From the human T2T-CHM13v2.0 reference genome, Homo sapiens, in NCBI RefSeq assembly GCF_009914755.1, contig NC_060940.1: a stretch of DNA of 64,000 nt. One strand, given 5' to 3'. The notes below the pieces were generated by a model, which made no database searches, had not been told where the DNA came from, and worked only from the letters and a program-made list of their open reading frames with translations. The position numbers and the translations under genes were made by a program. The first letter of the stretch is position 1. Each line of letters opens with the position of its first letter. Positions 37,363 to 52,322 of this stretch are shown one piece after another.

Positions 37363-38750
37363 TTAGGACTTTTAGTATTCAAAGAAAAGGTCAATAGCCT
37401 CCTTGATAATAAAAATAAAATGTAATCCAATGCTGCATGAAGTGTGAAGACTTCCACTTTGAAGTCCTCCCCAACTCACAATATCTTAATCATCATTTCT
37501 CACGAGTAAAAGTATTTGCTGTTACAACTTCCTAACGTTTAAGGATGAATAACCGCCTTTCAAAGCAGTTAAGTGCCATTGATCTGGGTCACACAAACTA
37601 TGATATTAGAGCCAGAGCTTTAATGAAGACCTTAGCTCCCAGGTAGGCTTCTGTCCACTTGACATGGTCACCTTTCTGTGGAATTATCTCCCTCGTTCAG
37701 TTTAATTGTGTTTGCACGATGTTGGTAGACTCAGCTCAATGGTGAGATTTAATTATTTTTGTAAGGGAGAAAAATGATTACCCAAAACAGAGAACCCACT
37801 TACTGAAGCTCTATCAAAGCCATTGGTATTCAGTGTGATATTTGCAAAAGCTGCCATACTATGTAAGGTCACTGAAGAAGCACAGCTTGATTCCCTGTGC
37901 AAGATTTAGGCATGCCCCCAGCCAAACTCTCAGCCCTTGTGTCTTGATTTTAAAAGGCATTTAGCAGCAAGCTTTTCTTTGACCTACATGTTTTTATAAG
38001 TAATGGCTCATCTATGTTTGAGATTGTTCTTTTTTAGTCACCTCCCCTTAGGTACTGAATATTTTTCTGCAGCTTCCTGGATACCTAATGAACCTGCTTT
38101 GGGACCAGGTGAAATATATTTTTGGAACACTATCACCCTGCACTTCTCAGGTCATAAATTTCTTTATTATTTGCCCTGGCAGGCATTGCTACCCCAAAAG
38201 TTATTATCTATTCAATCTCAGTTCTAACCTGCAAGCAGATATGTCTGAGGAGCCAATTTATTACAGATGTAACAGCACCAGGGAAGATGAGTTTGCTTGT
38301 TTAAAGAGATGAGCGGCATTGGCAACGCTATCAATTTTCAGAAATCCTGTACATGGAATTTTTTGTAGTTATTAAAAAGTCATGCATAGCAATGTTTCTA
38401 TCCTTTATTGTACATTTTGTGGGACTACGCATCCATCATAGCTTGTTCCTCTCTAAATGGGCTTGTCTTTCAGAAATTGGTAGCCTTATAGAGTTTTTGC
38501 CAAGCACTAACTTGTGAGATCAGAAGACCATGCCATCTATATTTGGACCTATGTTTTTCCATGAAAGATGCAGGAAGTGTTCTTTACATGTAATTTTGCC
38601 ACTCTGGGTATCAATTCCATGCAATCAATCCATTCACTTACTGATGTAATTGCATTAGGCATATCCCCAGGAAAAATAAACTGGGAGAGGAGGATGTGGG
38701 GTACAAGATAACATTGATGAGAATTGATCACGACAACACTGGCTAAAAAA

Positions 38751-38832
38751 TATATACATATATACACACATGTAAGTGTGTGTATATATGCACACATACA
38801 TGCATACATATGTGTATGTATACACACACACA
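38751..38832. repeat. Mixed (TA)/(CA)/(TG) repeat
   Basis: Visible alternating purine-pyrimidine tract. Confidence 0.9.
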
Positions 38833-39291
38833 ATTAATCACAACTTATTGAGTAAGGCTGACCTGGGTTCTAATCTTGCTTTCTGCTATAGGAAATTGGG
38901 CAAGCCAATGACCTTCCTTGAATATGTTTTATGTTTAATCTATAAAAAATAACAAAACCTGTCTGTTAAAAATGTTATGATGATTCAATAACACTTTTAA
39001 AGCTACTAGCATAAGTCCTGGCACTGAATAGTTATTATTAATCTTAAATTATTATTAATTATGAAAATATTAATGATCAATATTTGAAGTAACTTCCTTT
39101 ACAAATAAATGTCTAATATTGGATTTAAAAAGGGCCACTAATATGCATGCAATTAACTATAAAACCAGGCTGTAAAATAGAAAATCTCAATACAAGGAGA
39201 AAAAAAAAAAGTACTCTGCTGGTGATCTCTTGCTGAAGAGATCAAAGGACATCTTGGGAGGAAGTATAGATTGAGGCACACTTTAAAGGAT

Positions 39292-39825
39292 GAGTTATTC
39301 AGGGCTCTTTGATTTGCAAGGGACAGAAACTGAACTCTAAATAAGTTAAACTAAAAAAAGGAATATATTGGTTCACATCTGGCTTCAGGCACAATTGGAT
39401 CCAGCTTTTCAAATGAAGTTTTAAGGACCCTGGCATCTTTTTTTCTTTTTGAGTTCTAAATCCCTCTGTGTGTTGGGAGAATCATGACATATTCAAGCAT
39501 AAAATTTTATGACTCATATCTAAAGGAAAAGATAGTCTTTCCCAAAATGTATATGGTACACCATAGGGAAAACTATAATTTGCCCTGCTTTGGTTAATTG
39601 TTCTTCTCAGACCAATTGCTATGGCCAGGAAAGATGGAGTACTCACTGGACAGCTTGGTTTGCATGCCCAGCTTTACGATGAGGAGGTGGTTGCTGTGAT
39701 CAACAGTCTCACCAGAACCACCCGGAATGATGGCAGAATAGTTTCTCAAATAAAGTGGTGTTCTTGGAAGAAGAAGTAGTAAGAAGAGAAGAAGGGTATA
39801 AGACTAGAAATGTTAAAATAATAGG
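39292..39825. mobile_element. MLT1K/L-like ancient MaLR LTR
   Basis: ttgcaagggacagaaact...aaaggaatatattggttcac...ggcttcaggcac...ggatccag. Confidence 0.6.
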
Positions 39826-40102
39826 TGTCTCAGGAAGAGATCCAGTATGAGGGGGATTCATGATGGAATATACAAGGAAAGCTATTGAGGAAGGAAAACT
39901 GCATATAGCATTCAACCAGTAATTTATAATACATTTCACTAAACCTGAGATTCTCACATGCTATCCCTCAGTAGACCAAACAATGCTTGCTTCAATAACC
40001 AATACGTAATAGAAAACAATTATTTCTTTCTCAAAGAATAAATAAATAAGTGTGTGCTTGGCTGAAAAAAATGTACTTTTCACTTAAAATTGTTTTATTC
40101 CC

Positions 40103-40491
<389 letters not shown>

Positions 40492-41459
40492 CTAAAAGCT
40501 TAGAAATTTGAGGTTTTATCTGTTACCTCTGGCCCCATGTTGCCTTTTCCTGCCAGTCTCCCACAACTTTCTCGTCTGCAAACTGTTGCTATTTCCAAAG
40601 CCAGCTCACAGAAACCTGAACCACTGAGACTCATTGGCCATATTTTGTTTCCAACAATTCTGTTCTTCAATCTTTTGCTTGAGACTTTGAACAAAATAAC
40701 ATTTGTATGCCAATGACTCATAGACTTCTAGACATTCTAGAGTTGGAAGGAACCTCAAGAGCCATGAAGTCTAAAATACATGTCCAGAGAACTATGTTTA
40801 AGTAACCATTCCTGTCGAAGAAAGTAAGGTGGAAAGCCATGGCCTCTCTTCTCTGTTCTCTGCTGACTGACTTACTACTCTGACTACTCAAGTTTGTTCT
40901 CTAAACATGACTCTAACAAATGCCCAACAGGCTCTCCTTGAATAGAGTTGCAGGAGGTTACAGAAATAATGAAAGGACATGAATCTTCTTCCCCTGTGCA
41001 AACACGGGAACATGGCTCCCCTGGGTACAAGGAAGCCGGTGCTCACTAGGATCTGACATATGGAACACCACATTTAAAAATAACAAGACTGAAGATGCTG
41101 TATTGCTTTTACTTACCCCATCCATCCACCTCCTCACATCCTAAATCCCCTTATCATTTAATAAAGACAGCCACCTGTTTGGCTCAAGAACTTAAGCCAG
41201 CCTGGCTGAAGTGGAAGGGAGTTGGAGGGGGAGTGTAGACAGGGAACTACTCTGTGTGTGGTCTCTCCCACTGGACTTTCCGATTATGGTGAAGATAGAG
41301 GCAACTTGCTTCTTCTCCATCCCTATCCTCAGCTCTCAGTTTGAAGAAAACCTTCACGTTGTTGCTGCTAACCGCTAATAGCATGATTCCATATCTCCAG
41401 CTTCTAATGGAGTTTAGAAAAGCCTTATGTTCTCTGTTAATATGAGTGTTTATCCAAGG

Positions 41460-41620
41460 ATAATATGTCCCTTCACTTTCATCCAAAATCCCTGGGTGCT
41501 TATTAAACATCCAGACTCCAGGAGCCCATGCCAAACCCACTGAAATATAATCTTTGAGCATCTTAAACTATTTTAAAACTCCCTGGCAAATTATTTTACA
41601 AACAAAAGTGTGAGAACCTT
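41460..41620. mobile_element. MER5-like MITE
   Basis: aaatccctgggtgcttattaaa...cccactgaa...ctccctgg...gtgtgagaacc. Confidence 0.6.
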
Positions 41621-41925
41621 AACCTCTCATTCCTCTGCATTTTTTTTCATTTTGGGTGTATCCTCACTGAACAAAACAGGTGGAGGAAACCACTTGAGAA
41701 GCAGAATGAGAATAAGAGGTGTGTCCGGGGGAAAGGGGTATGGGACAGGCTGCTTCCTCAACTCCTAGTCTAAGCCTGGGACCAAAGGTGCACTTAAAAA
41801 TCAGTAGTAGCATAGCCTTGTTCATGAGGCCAGGTGACTCCCCAGGGATTTAGAACTAAAGCTCTGCTTAGATTTAATGTATATTGACCTAAAGTTCATT
41901 TTGCACTATAGGTTGACCTAAAGTA

Positions 41926-42177
41926 ACATTTTTCAATCTTGAGGTCAAGACCCACGGTGGCCATGAAATTAGTTCAGTGAACCGTAGCCATCTTAAAAGA
42001 AAAATAATGTTATAATAATAATTGAATGAAAATATCAGAAACATTTTGCATTGTAAGAATAAGAATTTTTGTCTGAAAGTTCTGTTTCAGATGTGTATGT
42101 GTGGGTGCATCCTGGGTTAAGAAGTTCTGTGTATTTCTTTCTGTGGGTTGGAGTCAAAAAAGTTTCAAAATCGTTGA
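41926..42177. mobile_element. hAT-Charlie MITE (MER112-like)
   Basis: ggtcaagaccca...gaaaatatcaga...tgtttcag...tatttctttctgtggg...tcaaaaaagtttcaaa. Confidence 0.6.
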
Positions 42178-42769
42178 ACTAGGGAACCCAGAGTACCAAT
42201 CTGTTAAAAGTTTACATGTATTTACTTACAGTTCCCATTGTACAGATGGGAAGACTAAGGCTAAGATACAGTGGTACAATGAGGACTCTAAAGTATTTTA
42301 ACCACAAAGTCCAATAGGCTAAAGACAGAGGACCAGGGAGAAAGTAAACATCATCTTATTGTACGGTCCGCTTAGGTCCTGATTCACCATCTCTCTATGC
42401 CATTTAAATAACCTGACCTGCTAACCTGGCACTCCTCATCCCGATCTTTACCCCATGATGTCCTAAGTATATTATTGATAAGCATTTCTACATGGTAAAA
42501 GATCTTTGCATGAATTGCTGTGCAGTGTTGTGTTTTTAATGCTGTTTGACAGGAACCTGTGAGGAGTTGATAGAGTCTTATTTGTTTAGCTCTTACTGAA
42601 GGTCAGAACCAAGATTCACTGCCCTCACTGCAGAAATGCCATTAATATTCACATCCTCTCTCCAATTTCAAAGGCTCCTTGTTAAGGGCTCTTCCAGGGG
42701 CTTTCAATGGCAGCTTTGTTTACTGCCTTAAGAATCTCTTCAAAAAATTAACCAATACCTACTTAATAC

Positions 42770-43260
42770 ATAAGACTCAGTTGGTGGCAAGTGACAGAAA
42801 ACTAGACTCAAACTAGTTTAAGCAGAGAGAAGAACCCTATCCTTTCAAGTAAATTAAGCATGAGGAGGAGAGCTAGCTAGCCTCAGGTCTGGGCATGGCT
42901 GGGCACAAATGATAGAATCAGGATGGGGATTCTCTGCTGCCATGTTTCAGCTCTGCTTCCTGGATATTGAATCCACTCTCGGAGATGATCTCCCCTAGTG
43001 GTTACAACAAGATTACCAAAGCAGCCCCTAGTTTTGATTATCTTCCATTCTCACTCAGTATCATCAACTTTGAATGAGTGACCTGCCCATCCCTAAACCA
43101 ATCACATAATCACTGTGGCTATGCAACGTGATATGATGATTGATGGAGCCCCACATAAGGACATTAGATTGAACTAAAGTGTACTCCCATCCTCACCCCA
43201 TAGAAATAAATATGAGGAAGCAGTTACCAGAAGGCTCAATGGATCCTAGATGTTAGAAGT
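42770..43260. mobile_element. MLT1K/L-like ancient MaLR LTR
   Basis: gactcagttggtggcaagtgacagaaaac...caaactagtttaagc...cccatccctaaaccaatcac. Confidence 0.55.
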
Positions 43261-45859
43261 TCAGGCTGCGTTCTGTGTTAGGAACTCTAGGGCAGGATAC
43301 CTTAACCTTGAAAAACTTACAATATAGGCTCAGTCATGTAGCAGTTACTCTGCGTGTGTGTTCTACATACAGCTTCAGGTGTTGAGCACCAGGAGAGATC
43401 TCTGAAGAAAATGCAAGCATTCTTTATGGGAAAATTTGCAGTCTAACGTCAGAAAAAAATGCACATCATTAATAACTTTAAATTTCATGAGAAAAAATAC
43501 TAAGTAAAATTCGTTCTTTTATCTGGTGGAAATTGTGGAAGGCAGAATATATAAAGTTCAAGCCAAACCTTTCAGCTTAGATAGGATTTGGATGCGATGG
43601 GAAGATATAAATTTTTCCATGTGATGAATCTACATAGATTGAACAAATATGGCAATGTAGGGGAGAAGCAGGAGGCTGAAACATTTGCTACTGCAGAGGG
43701 ACAGTGTGAGAAGGAGAAAGATCCCCAAAGGGAGGGACCAGTGTACCAAATGCCAGGCTTCTGTGGTATTGATATAGAGTAAGTTCAGCTGTACAACAGG
43801 AAATCTACCAGGCAATATTGGGCTTAAGGGGGAAATCTGAGAGTAGGGGAAGTTATTCATCCATACAAGGCACTATATGAGCATATATTTTACAGGTGTA
43901 GCAGGAATGAAAAACAGGGATTGGTTATGAATGTGACATCAGACACAGAGGTGATAGCCTAGCAGTTCCTTAGACGGGGACAGTCCTAGTCAAGGAAGTA
44001 AAAGTTGAGTTTATTCTCCACATTTTATGATAGCAAAAATCATGGACCTTTGAGTGCTATTTACTCAAGGGAAATGTGTTTGGGAGTGAACATCTCTAAA
44101 TTGTTTATTAGCAATTATCCTGGTTTTCTTGAGACTGATTTCCAGGGGAGTACAGAATTGCTACATGAGCAAGTTAATGCTTTGGATTGGAAATTTCTGG
44201 GAATTTGGAGTTAGTCCTACTTGAGTTCCATCCCAATTTTTGGGGGCTAGTCATCTACTATTATTTCCTTCCTTAAAAATGGATCTAAAAAAACAACACT
44301 GTAGGATTATTGTGAAGTTTGAGATTTGCATAAGCAATTCCCATTTAATAAATATTAACTAAATATTATATAATTCTTAGAGCAATACTAAAAATGACAT
44401 TGACAATATCTTCATTTTATGTCATATAAGGAGATCAGTGAAGAAGAATGGGAATCAGAGGGAATGAGACTTAGTCAAGTTCTTTGCAGCTAGCAAATGG
44501 CAAAGCTAACATTGAGATCCATGCAGATGTGAGTGAAAGCCTGCACTGTTTTTGCTGCTCTCCACATTTGGGTAAGTGAAGTGACTTCTTAAATTTTAGA
44601 ATCTAACATTTCACAAAGGCCTACCAATTGCCATCATTTAAATATTAGTTCATGATATCAGTGTTCTGGTCAAGGAACTATATATTATACATGTCTCTGA
44701 GGTCACTTGGGGTTTTTAACATGGCATAAGCATTTGTAATATTACATGATAACCTGAGTGAATGTATTGTATGTTTGAATAAAAACGCGTTCCAATGTCA
44801 ATTAACATTTTGTTATACAGATGTTCTAAGATTGAAGAAGAAATATGCTAATTAATACCTCCCCCAAATCCTGGGATAAAAATGAAAGTATTATATTATC
44901 CACTTGATGATCAACACAAAAATTAGACAACAAATGAGAAGCTCCCCCTCCAGGCTTAATGAGTGATGAGTTTAGGTAAGGAAGTTGGTTAGAGTTGATC
45001 CTCCTCATACAGACATCTGTTACTAAACAATATTTTTTTTTTACCATCTTCTTTTTATTAGTATTATTATTAACTTTGATGGTGGCCAAACATTCTTGCT
45101 GTTTCCTTTGGGTCCTAGAGATATAAAACAACCCACATAAAATAGCTGTTATCCCAAATGCCAAACTACGGGGAAAGAGTATAATAAGATGGGCCAACGT
45201 ATGGACAGGATGTAAAATATTTGCAATCCCTTAGTGTCATAGAGAACAGGGAGGAATCCAAGCCTGTCTGGGGATTGGGGGTACTGGGAGCACTCTCCTA
45301 GAGGATAAGGGGTTTTGGGGGCTTCCTGCTTGTATTTTGCTTATAAATGGCTTAAGTTTTTCTCTGCAAAGAGAGTTTGCCAACAAGATTGTAGCACCAT
45401 TAAGACTTGATAGACATTCGTAGATCTTTGTGTTGAAATGCAATCTTTTATTTTGCTTCAAAGATGTAAAATAAATGTCATCCAAATTACCTCCCATTTA
45501 TTTTCCCTTTAATTCTAACTTTCTTGTTGAAAGGGTTAATGTGACCCTGTTACTAGGTAAAATTGAATAAAACTCTCTTTTTCCATGGTCCATAAGGCCC
45601 TGAATAGTCTGGCCTTCAGAGACATTGTCTATCACTTGTTGCTCCACTTTCCTTCTCAGCAACATTCTCCCTCAGCAACACTGATTTCCTTTTATTTTCT
45701 TCTATTGCAAGACCTTTACACATTTTATTTCCTCTGCCTGAACGTTTCTCCCAACCCCTGCCCCACTGTCAATTACTCTTTATCGCACGACCCTGTGCAT
45801 CTCCTCTGTATAATTATTGCTATGTAAGATTAGTTGATCTGTTTACTTTTTAATCAGTT

Positions 45860-46090
45860 AAAACTGATTGAATACTTATTATGTGTCAGCCAATTTCTAA
45901 GTATTTACAGTTATTAAAACCTTCGATCTTCATTATACTAACAGAGTAGGTAACATAATTAACCTCCATATTTTTGACCAAGAAACTGAGACGTATTGAA
46001 GTTAATTACTCATAACTAGATAGTAAGTAGAAGGGCCTAGATTTGAACCTAGGAAGTCTCGATCCAGAGTCTCTTCTCTTAATTACAGTC
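45860..46090 (-). mobile_element. MIR
   Basis: attgaatacttattatgtg...agaaactgagac...gaagttaa...atttgaacctagg. Confidence 0.7.
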
Positions 46091-47000
46091 ATGTATGCCT
46101 CTCTGCCCTGTATATTATTTCTCTCTCACAATTTAAATTGAAAATTTTAGGGATTATTGTACTTGCATGCATTATGTCATTGTATTTTTATTTAAAATGC
46201 ACACGTCAACGCAACGTTTCACAAATTTGGCTTTTCCCCATAGCTAACATATATCTGCTAACCAATAACTAACACATAACTAACTGCATATCAGGCATAG
46301 TTCTGTTTGTGTTAATATTTATAATCCAGAACTGAAAGGCAGGTTTTGTTAAAAAAAGAACTTAATTCATTGAAGAGCTTCAAATGACTATAGACCCATA
46401 AGCAAATGTTCAGCGTTAATACTCATTAATGAAATAAGATACCATTTCCTACCTTTCTAATTAACAAGGATGTAAAAATAAATAATATGCACTGTTGGCA
46501 GGAGTACAGGGAAAGGACTTTGTCATAGATTAGTGGTGGGAGGAAAAAATGTTGACAGCCTTAGTGCAATGCAAGTTTGGCAACACGTAACCAAGGATTG
46601 CAAGTTTACCTTGGCCTTGGATGCAAAAGAAATTTATTTCTAGTAAATTAGTATTTTCTAAAAAAAGCAAAGAGTCAGACTAAGACCTGGGTTGAGAAAT
46701 TTTCATGGTAGGACTGTGTTGTGTGTGTGTATGCATGAGTAAAATAAAATGATAATGATCATGTAAATATCCAACTGTAGCCAGTTAGTCATTTGAGCAT
46801 TACTAGGTCCTTACTATGTGTAAGACCCAAAGTAGGAACTGGGGATGTGGTAATGAATGAGTGAGGTAGGAGGGTAGCTGTTACCTTTTTGGGGTACAGT
46901 TCATCTTGAAGTTGATCAAGTAAGTACTGTTAAACCCACAATGTGGAATGATAACTATGGCTATCACATTATAATGAGGACTTTCAAGAGCATACTTTTT

Positions 47001-50000
47001 TTAACTTTTAAGTTCAATGGTACACATGCACGTTTGTAATACAGGTAAACTCATGTCATGGGGGATTGTTGTACAGATTATTTCATCACCCAGGCATTAA
47101 GCCTAGTACCCATTAGTTATAATTCCTGATCTCTCCCTCCTCTCACTTTCCACACCCTGGTATGTCCCAGTGTCTGTTGTTGCCCTGTGTGTGTTCATGT
47201 CTTCTCATATTTTAGCTCCCACTTATAAGTGAGAACATGTGATATTTGGTTTTCTTCCTGTTTTAGTTTGCAAAGGATAATGGACTTCAGCTCTATCCAT
47301 GTTCTTGCAAAAGACATGATCTCACTCTTTTTTATGCTCTAAGGTATATATGGAACACATTTTTTAACCCACCCTGCCATTGATTAGCACTTAGGTTGAT
47401 TCCATGTCTTTGTTATTTTTAGTAGTGCTACGATGAACACACATGTGCATATGTCTTTATGATAAAATTATTTATATTCCTTTGGCTATATACCAGTAAT
47501 GAGATTGCTGAGCCAAATGGCAGTTCTGTTTTTAGGTATCTGAGGAAACATCACATTGTTTTCCACAATGGTTGAACTAATTTACACTCCCACCAGCAAT
47601 GTATAAGAGTCCCTTTTTCTCCACAACCTCACTAGTACCTTATTTTTTGACTTTTTAATAGTAGCCATTCTGTCTGGTGTGAGATGTTATCTCTTTGTGA
47701 TTCTGATTTGCATTTCTTTAATGATTAGTGATGTTGAGTTTTTTTTCATGTGATTGTTGGCCACATGTATGTCTTCTTTTGAAAAGTGTCTGCTCATCCC
47801 CATTGCCTACTTTTTAATTCTTTTTTTTTGGAAATTTGTTTACATTTCTTAAAGATTCTGGATATTAGAACTTTGTCAGAAGCATAGTTTGCAAAAATTT
47901 TCTCCCATTCTATAGGTTGTTTGTTTACTGTGTTGATAGTTTCTTTTGCTGTGCAAAAACTCTTTAATTTAATTAGACCGCATTTGTCCATTTTTTTGCT
48001 TCTGTTGCAATTGCTTTCGGTGTCTTCATCATGAAGTCTTTATCCATTCCTATGTCCAGAATGGTATTGCATAGGTTATCTTTCAGGATTTTTATAGTTT
48101 TGGCTTTTACATTTAAGTCTTTAATCCATCTTCAGTTAATTTTTATGTATTGTGTAAGGAAGGGGTCCAGTTTCAAACTTCTGAAAATGGCTAGCCATTT
48201 ATCCCAGCACCATTTATTGAATAGAGATAATTTCCCTATTGCTTGTTTTTGTCAGCTTTGTAGAAGATCAGATAGTTGTAGGTGATACAACCTTATTTCT
48301 GGGCTCTCTATTCTATTCCATTAGTCTATGTGTTTGTTTTTGTACCAGTACCATGCTATTCTGGTTACTATAGTCTTTTAGTATAGTTTGAAGTTGTATA
48401 GTGTGATGCCTCCAGCATTGTTCTTTTTAGTTAGGATAGCCTTGGCTATTAGGGCTCTTCTTTGGTTCCATATAAATTTTAAAATAGTTTTTTTTCTAGT
48501 TTTGTGAAGAATGTAATTGATAGTTTGATAGGAATAGCACTTAGTCTATAAATTGCTTTGGACAGTATGGCTATTTTAACAATATTGATTCTATCCATGA
48601 GCATGGACTGTTTTTCCATTTGTTTGTGTCATTTTTTATTTCTTTGTACATCATTTTGTAATAATCCTCGTAGAGATCTTTCACTTCTCATGTGAGCCAT
48701 ATTCCTAGGTATTTTATATTTTTGTGGCAATTGTGAATTTGATTGCATTCCTAATTTGTCTTTCACCTTGACTGTTGTTAGTGTACAGGAGTGCTAGTGA
48801 TTTTTTATGTTTATTTTGTATCCTGAGATTTTGCTGGAGTTGTTTATTAGCTTAAGGAGCTTTGGGCCACAACTCTGGGCCCAAATGTAGATGCAGGATC
48901 ATGTCATCTGCGAATAGGGACAGTTTGACTTCCTCTCTTTCTATTTGGATATGTTTTATTTCTTTCTCTGCCTAATTGCTCTGGCCAGGACTTCCAATAC
49001 TATGCTGAATAGGAGTGGTGAGAGAGGGCATTCTTCACTTATGTCAATTTTCAAGGAAAATGCTTCCAACTTTTGCCCATTTAGTATGATTTTGGCTGTG
49101 GGTTTATTATAGAGGGCTCTTATTATTTTGAGGTATGCTCCTTCAATACCTAGTTTATTGAGAGTTTTTAACGTGAAAGGGAGTTGAATTTTATTGAAAG
49201 CCTTTTCTGCATCTATTGAGATAATCATGTGGGTTTTATCTTTAGTTCTATTTATGTGATGAATCACATTTATTGATTTGTGTACATTGAACCAACCTTG
49301 CATCCCAGGGATAAAGCCTACTTGATCATGATAGATACGCTTTTTGATGTGTTGCTGGATTCAGTTTTCCAGTATTTTGTTGAGGTTTTTCGCGTCAATA
49401 TTCATCAAGGATATTAGCCTAAAGTTTCGTTGCTGTTGTTGTGTCTCTGCCAGGTTTTGGTATCAGGATGATGCTGGCCTCATAGAATGAGTTAGGGAGG
49501 GGTCCCTCCTCCTCAATTATTTGAAATAGTTTCAGTAGGAATGGTACCAGCTCTTCTTTGTATATCCGGTAGAATTTGGCTGTGAATCAGTCTGGTCCTA
49601 GACTTTTATTTATTGGTAGGCTATTTTTTACTGATTCAGTTCTGGAGCTCATTGTTGGTCTGTTCAGGGATTCAATTTCCTCCCAGCTCAGACTTGGGAA
49701 TGCGTATGTATCCAGGCATTTATCCTTTTATTTTAGATTTTCTAGTTTATGTGCAAAGAGATGTTCATAACATTTTCTGAAAATTATTTGTATTCTTTGG
49801 GTCAGTGGTAATATCCTTTTTATGCTTTCTAATTGTGTTTATTTGGATCTTCTTCTTTTCATCTTTATTAATTTAGCTAGTGATCATTTTATTTTTTCAA
49901 AAATCCAACTCATGAATTCATTCATCTTTTGGGTTGTTTTTGTGTCTCAATCTCCTTCAAGTCAGCTCTGTGTTTATTTCTCATCTTATGCTAGCTTTGG

Positions 50001-50702
50001 GGTTAGTTTGCTCTTACTTCTTTTGTTCTTTTAGCTGTGATGTTAGGTTATTAAATTGAAATCTTTCTAACTTTTTGATGTGGGCATTTTGCGCTATTAA
50101 TTTCCCTCTGCATTGCCTTAGCTGTGTCCCAGAGATTCTGGTATGTTGTATCTTTGTTCTCATTAGTTTCAAAGAACTTGATTTCTGCCTTAATTTCACT
50201 ATTTACCAAAAGTCATTCCTGGAGTTATTCAATGTCCATATAAATGTTATGGTTTTGAGTGAATTTCTTACTCTTGATTTCTAATTTGATGGTGCTGTGG
50301 TCCAAGAGAGTGGTTGTCATGATTTCAGTTATTTTGCATTTGCTGATGAGTATTTGCATTTGCTGAGGCATGTCCAATTATGTGGTCGACTTTAAAGTAT
50401 GTGCCATGTGGTGATGAGAAGAATATATATCCTGTTGCTTTTGGGTGGAGAGTTCTGTAGATGTCTGTCAGCTCCATTTGAACCAGTGCTGAGTTCCGGT
50501 CCTGAATGTCTTTGTAATTTTCTGCCTGATGATTTGTTTAATATTGTCAGTGGAGTGTTGAAGTCCCCATTATTATTGTGTGGGAGTCTAAGTATCTTTG
50601 AAGGTCTCTTAGAACTTGCTTTGTGAATTCAGGTGCTCCTGTGTTGGCTGCATATATATTTAAGATAGTTAGGTCTTCTTGTTGAATTGAACACTACCAT
50701 TA
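47001..50702 (-). mobile_element. L1PA13-like LINE-1, about 3.7 kb, 5'-truncated within the ORF2 endonuclease region
   Basis: 3' UTR ggtaaactcatgtcatggggg...tacagattatttcatcacccagg. TSD caagagcata..tttt at 46985-47000 and 50703-50718. Confidence 0.93.
48956..49303 (-). pseudogene. LINE-1 ORF2 reverse transcriptase remnant
   Basis: [33 protein letters not shown]...[20 protein letters not shown]. Flanked by stops and frameshifts. Confidence 0.93.
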
Positions 50703-51475
50703 CAAGAGCATAAATTTTAAGTAATGACATTTAAACAATATTTAAATAACATTGATTAAGAACCTGTGGAAAAAGTTAGTGATGAAGTTAGATAGTAAAT
50801 GAGTTTATGTTTGCATATAGCAGATAACATGTAGTACATATAAATACATAAACACACATATAGACAAAGAAAACCACAGATAGGAAATTACCAAAATGTT
50901 AATGGTGACTATACAGAAAGTGGAAATTTATAAATTTTTATTTTCCTTTTTCTACTCTAAGGTTTCCACTATGAAACATACAAATAGATTACTCAGGAAA
51001 ATAATACTATTAACACCAAAAAACTCAACTAAAACAGGTGTTTATATAGATTGTCCACCAAACTTTTCTGTCCCGAGGCTGTTAAGTTTCTGCGTCTGTT
51101 TGGAAATGAGAAATCCATTTCTTCCCCAGCTCATTGGCTGGCAACTCATCCCTCTGAATCTAATAAAAACAGATGTCTGCCTCCAGAAACAATCAGGTCC
51201 CCTCACCTTGCAGTTTCTCCAGCATCCTCCCCTTCGTTCATCACACGGTTTACTGCATCATGTTTTAATATTAGTTAGTTTGTTCTTAACTCTCCCCTAT
51301 TCTACTGTGAGTTCTTAAAGAGGATGCAAGCATCCAAGTCATAGTTGGGACTCAGAATTTATAGAATTAGTTATAGCTAATTAGGTAATAATTAAATATA
51401 TAAAGATAAAAACGAAGAAAACTCTGGTGATTAATACAAAATAGCACATCATTAAAAGAGAGGCCATTCTTCATA

Positions 51476-51880
51476 TTTTTTTCAACTTTTATTTTAGATT
51501 CATGGAGTACATCTGCAGGTTTGTTGCAAGGGTATGTTGGGTGATGCTGAGGTTTGGACTTCGACTGATCTGATCACCTAGATAGTGAGGCTAGTACCCA
51601 ATAGGGAGCTTTTCAACCCTTACTGCCCCTCCCTCTCTCACCCCTTTTAAAGTCCGCAGTGTCTATTGTTTCCATCTTTATGCCCATGAGTACCCAATAT
51701 TTAACTCCCAGTTATCAGTGAGAATATACAGTGTTTGGTTTTCTGTTTCTGTGTTAATTCGCTTAGGACAATGGCCTTCAGCTGCATCCATGTTGCTGCA
51801 AAGGACATGATTTCATTCTTTTTTATGTGTAGTATTGCATGGCATACATGTACCATATTTTTAAAATCCAATCCACTGTC
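51476..51880 (-). mobile_element. L1PA16-like 3' fragment
   Basis: caacttttattttagattca...gatgctgaggtttgg...gtacccaatagg...ttttcaaccct. Confidence 0.88.
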
Positions 51881-52266
51881 TCGAATCTGACACAGCTGGG
51901 TCATGAGCCTGTCCCAGCCTCTATCTGTGTGATCATAGGCCAGTTGCTTATACCCTAGGTGACCTAAATTCCTCCTGTGCAAATTGACTGTGTGATAGTG
52001 GTGAGAATGTTATAAATAACAGGAGTGAATTGTTGGACACATAGTAGGAGTTTACAGTATTCTGGGGGAATGTTATTTTCAAGTTTATATTCAATTTAGG
52101 AAATAGTTTATTGTCTTTTTTCATAGGCTCTGTCTTTGATTTTTAACTTCTAAATTAACTCATCAGTACTCATTTGACAGATTTTTAATTACGTGTCTTC
52201 AAAAAGTTGATGTTCTAGACTGGCTTTTTAAATGAACAAATAGCAAACTTTGTTTCAAAAAGAGGT

Positions 52267-52322
52267 TCTCTCTCTCTCTCTCTCCTTCTCTCTGTGTGTG
52301 TATGTGTGTGTGTGTGTGTGTG
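52267..52322. repeat. Compound (CT)n(GT)n microsatellite
   Basis: Seen directly. Confidence 0.95.

Noticed and set aside
42985-43005. CTCF-like site (ccactaggggag on the minus strand); similar at about 56295
   Set aside because: Mismatches at informative core positions; cannot be supported without a PWM scan or ChIP data.
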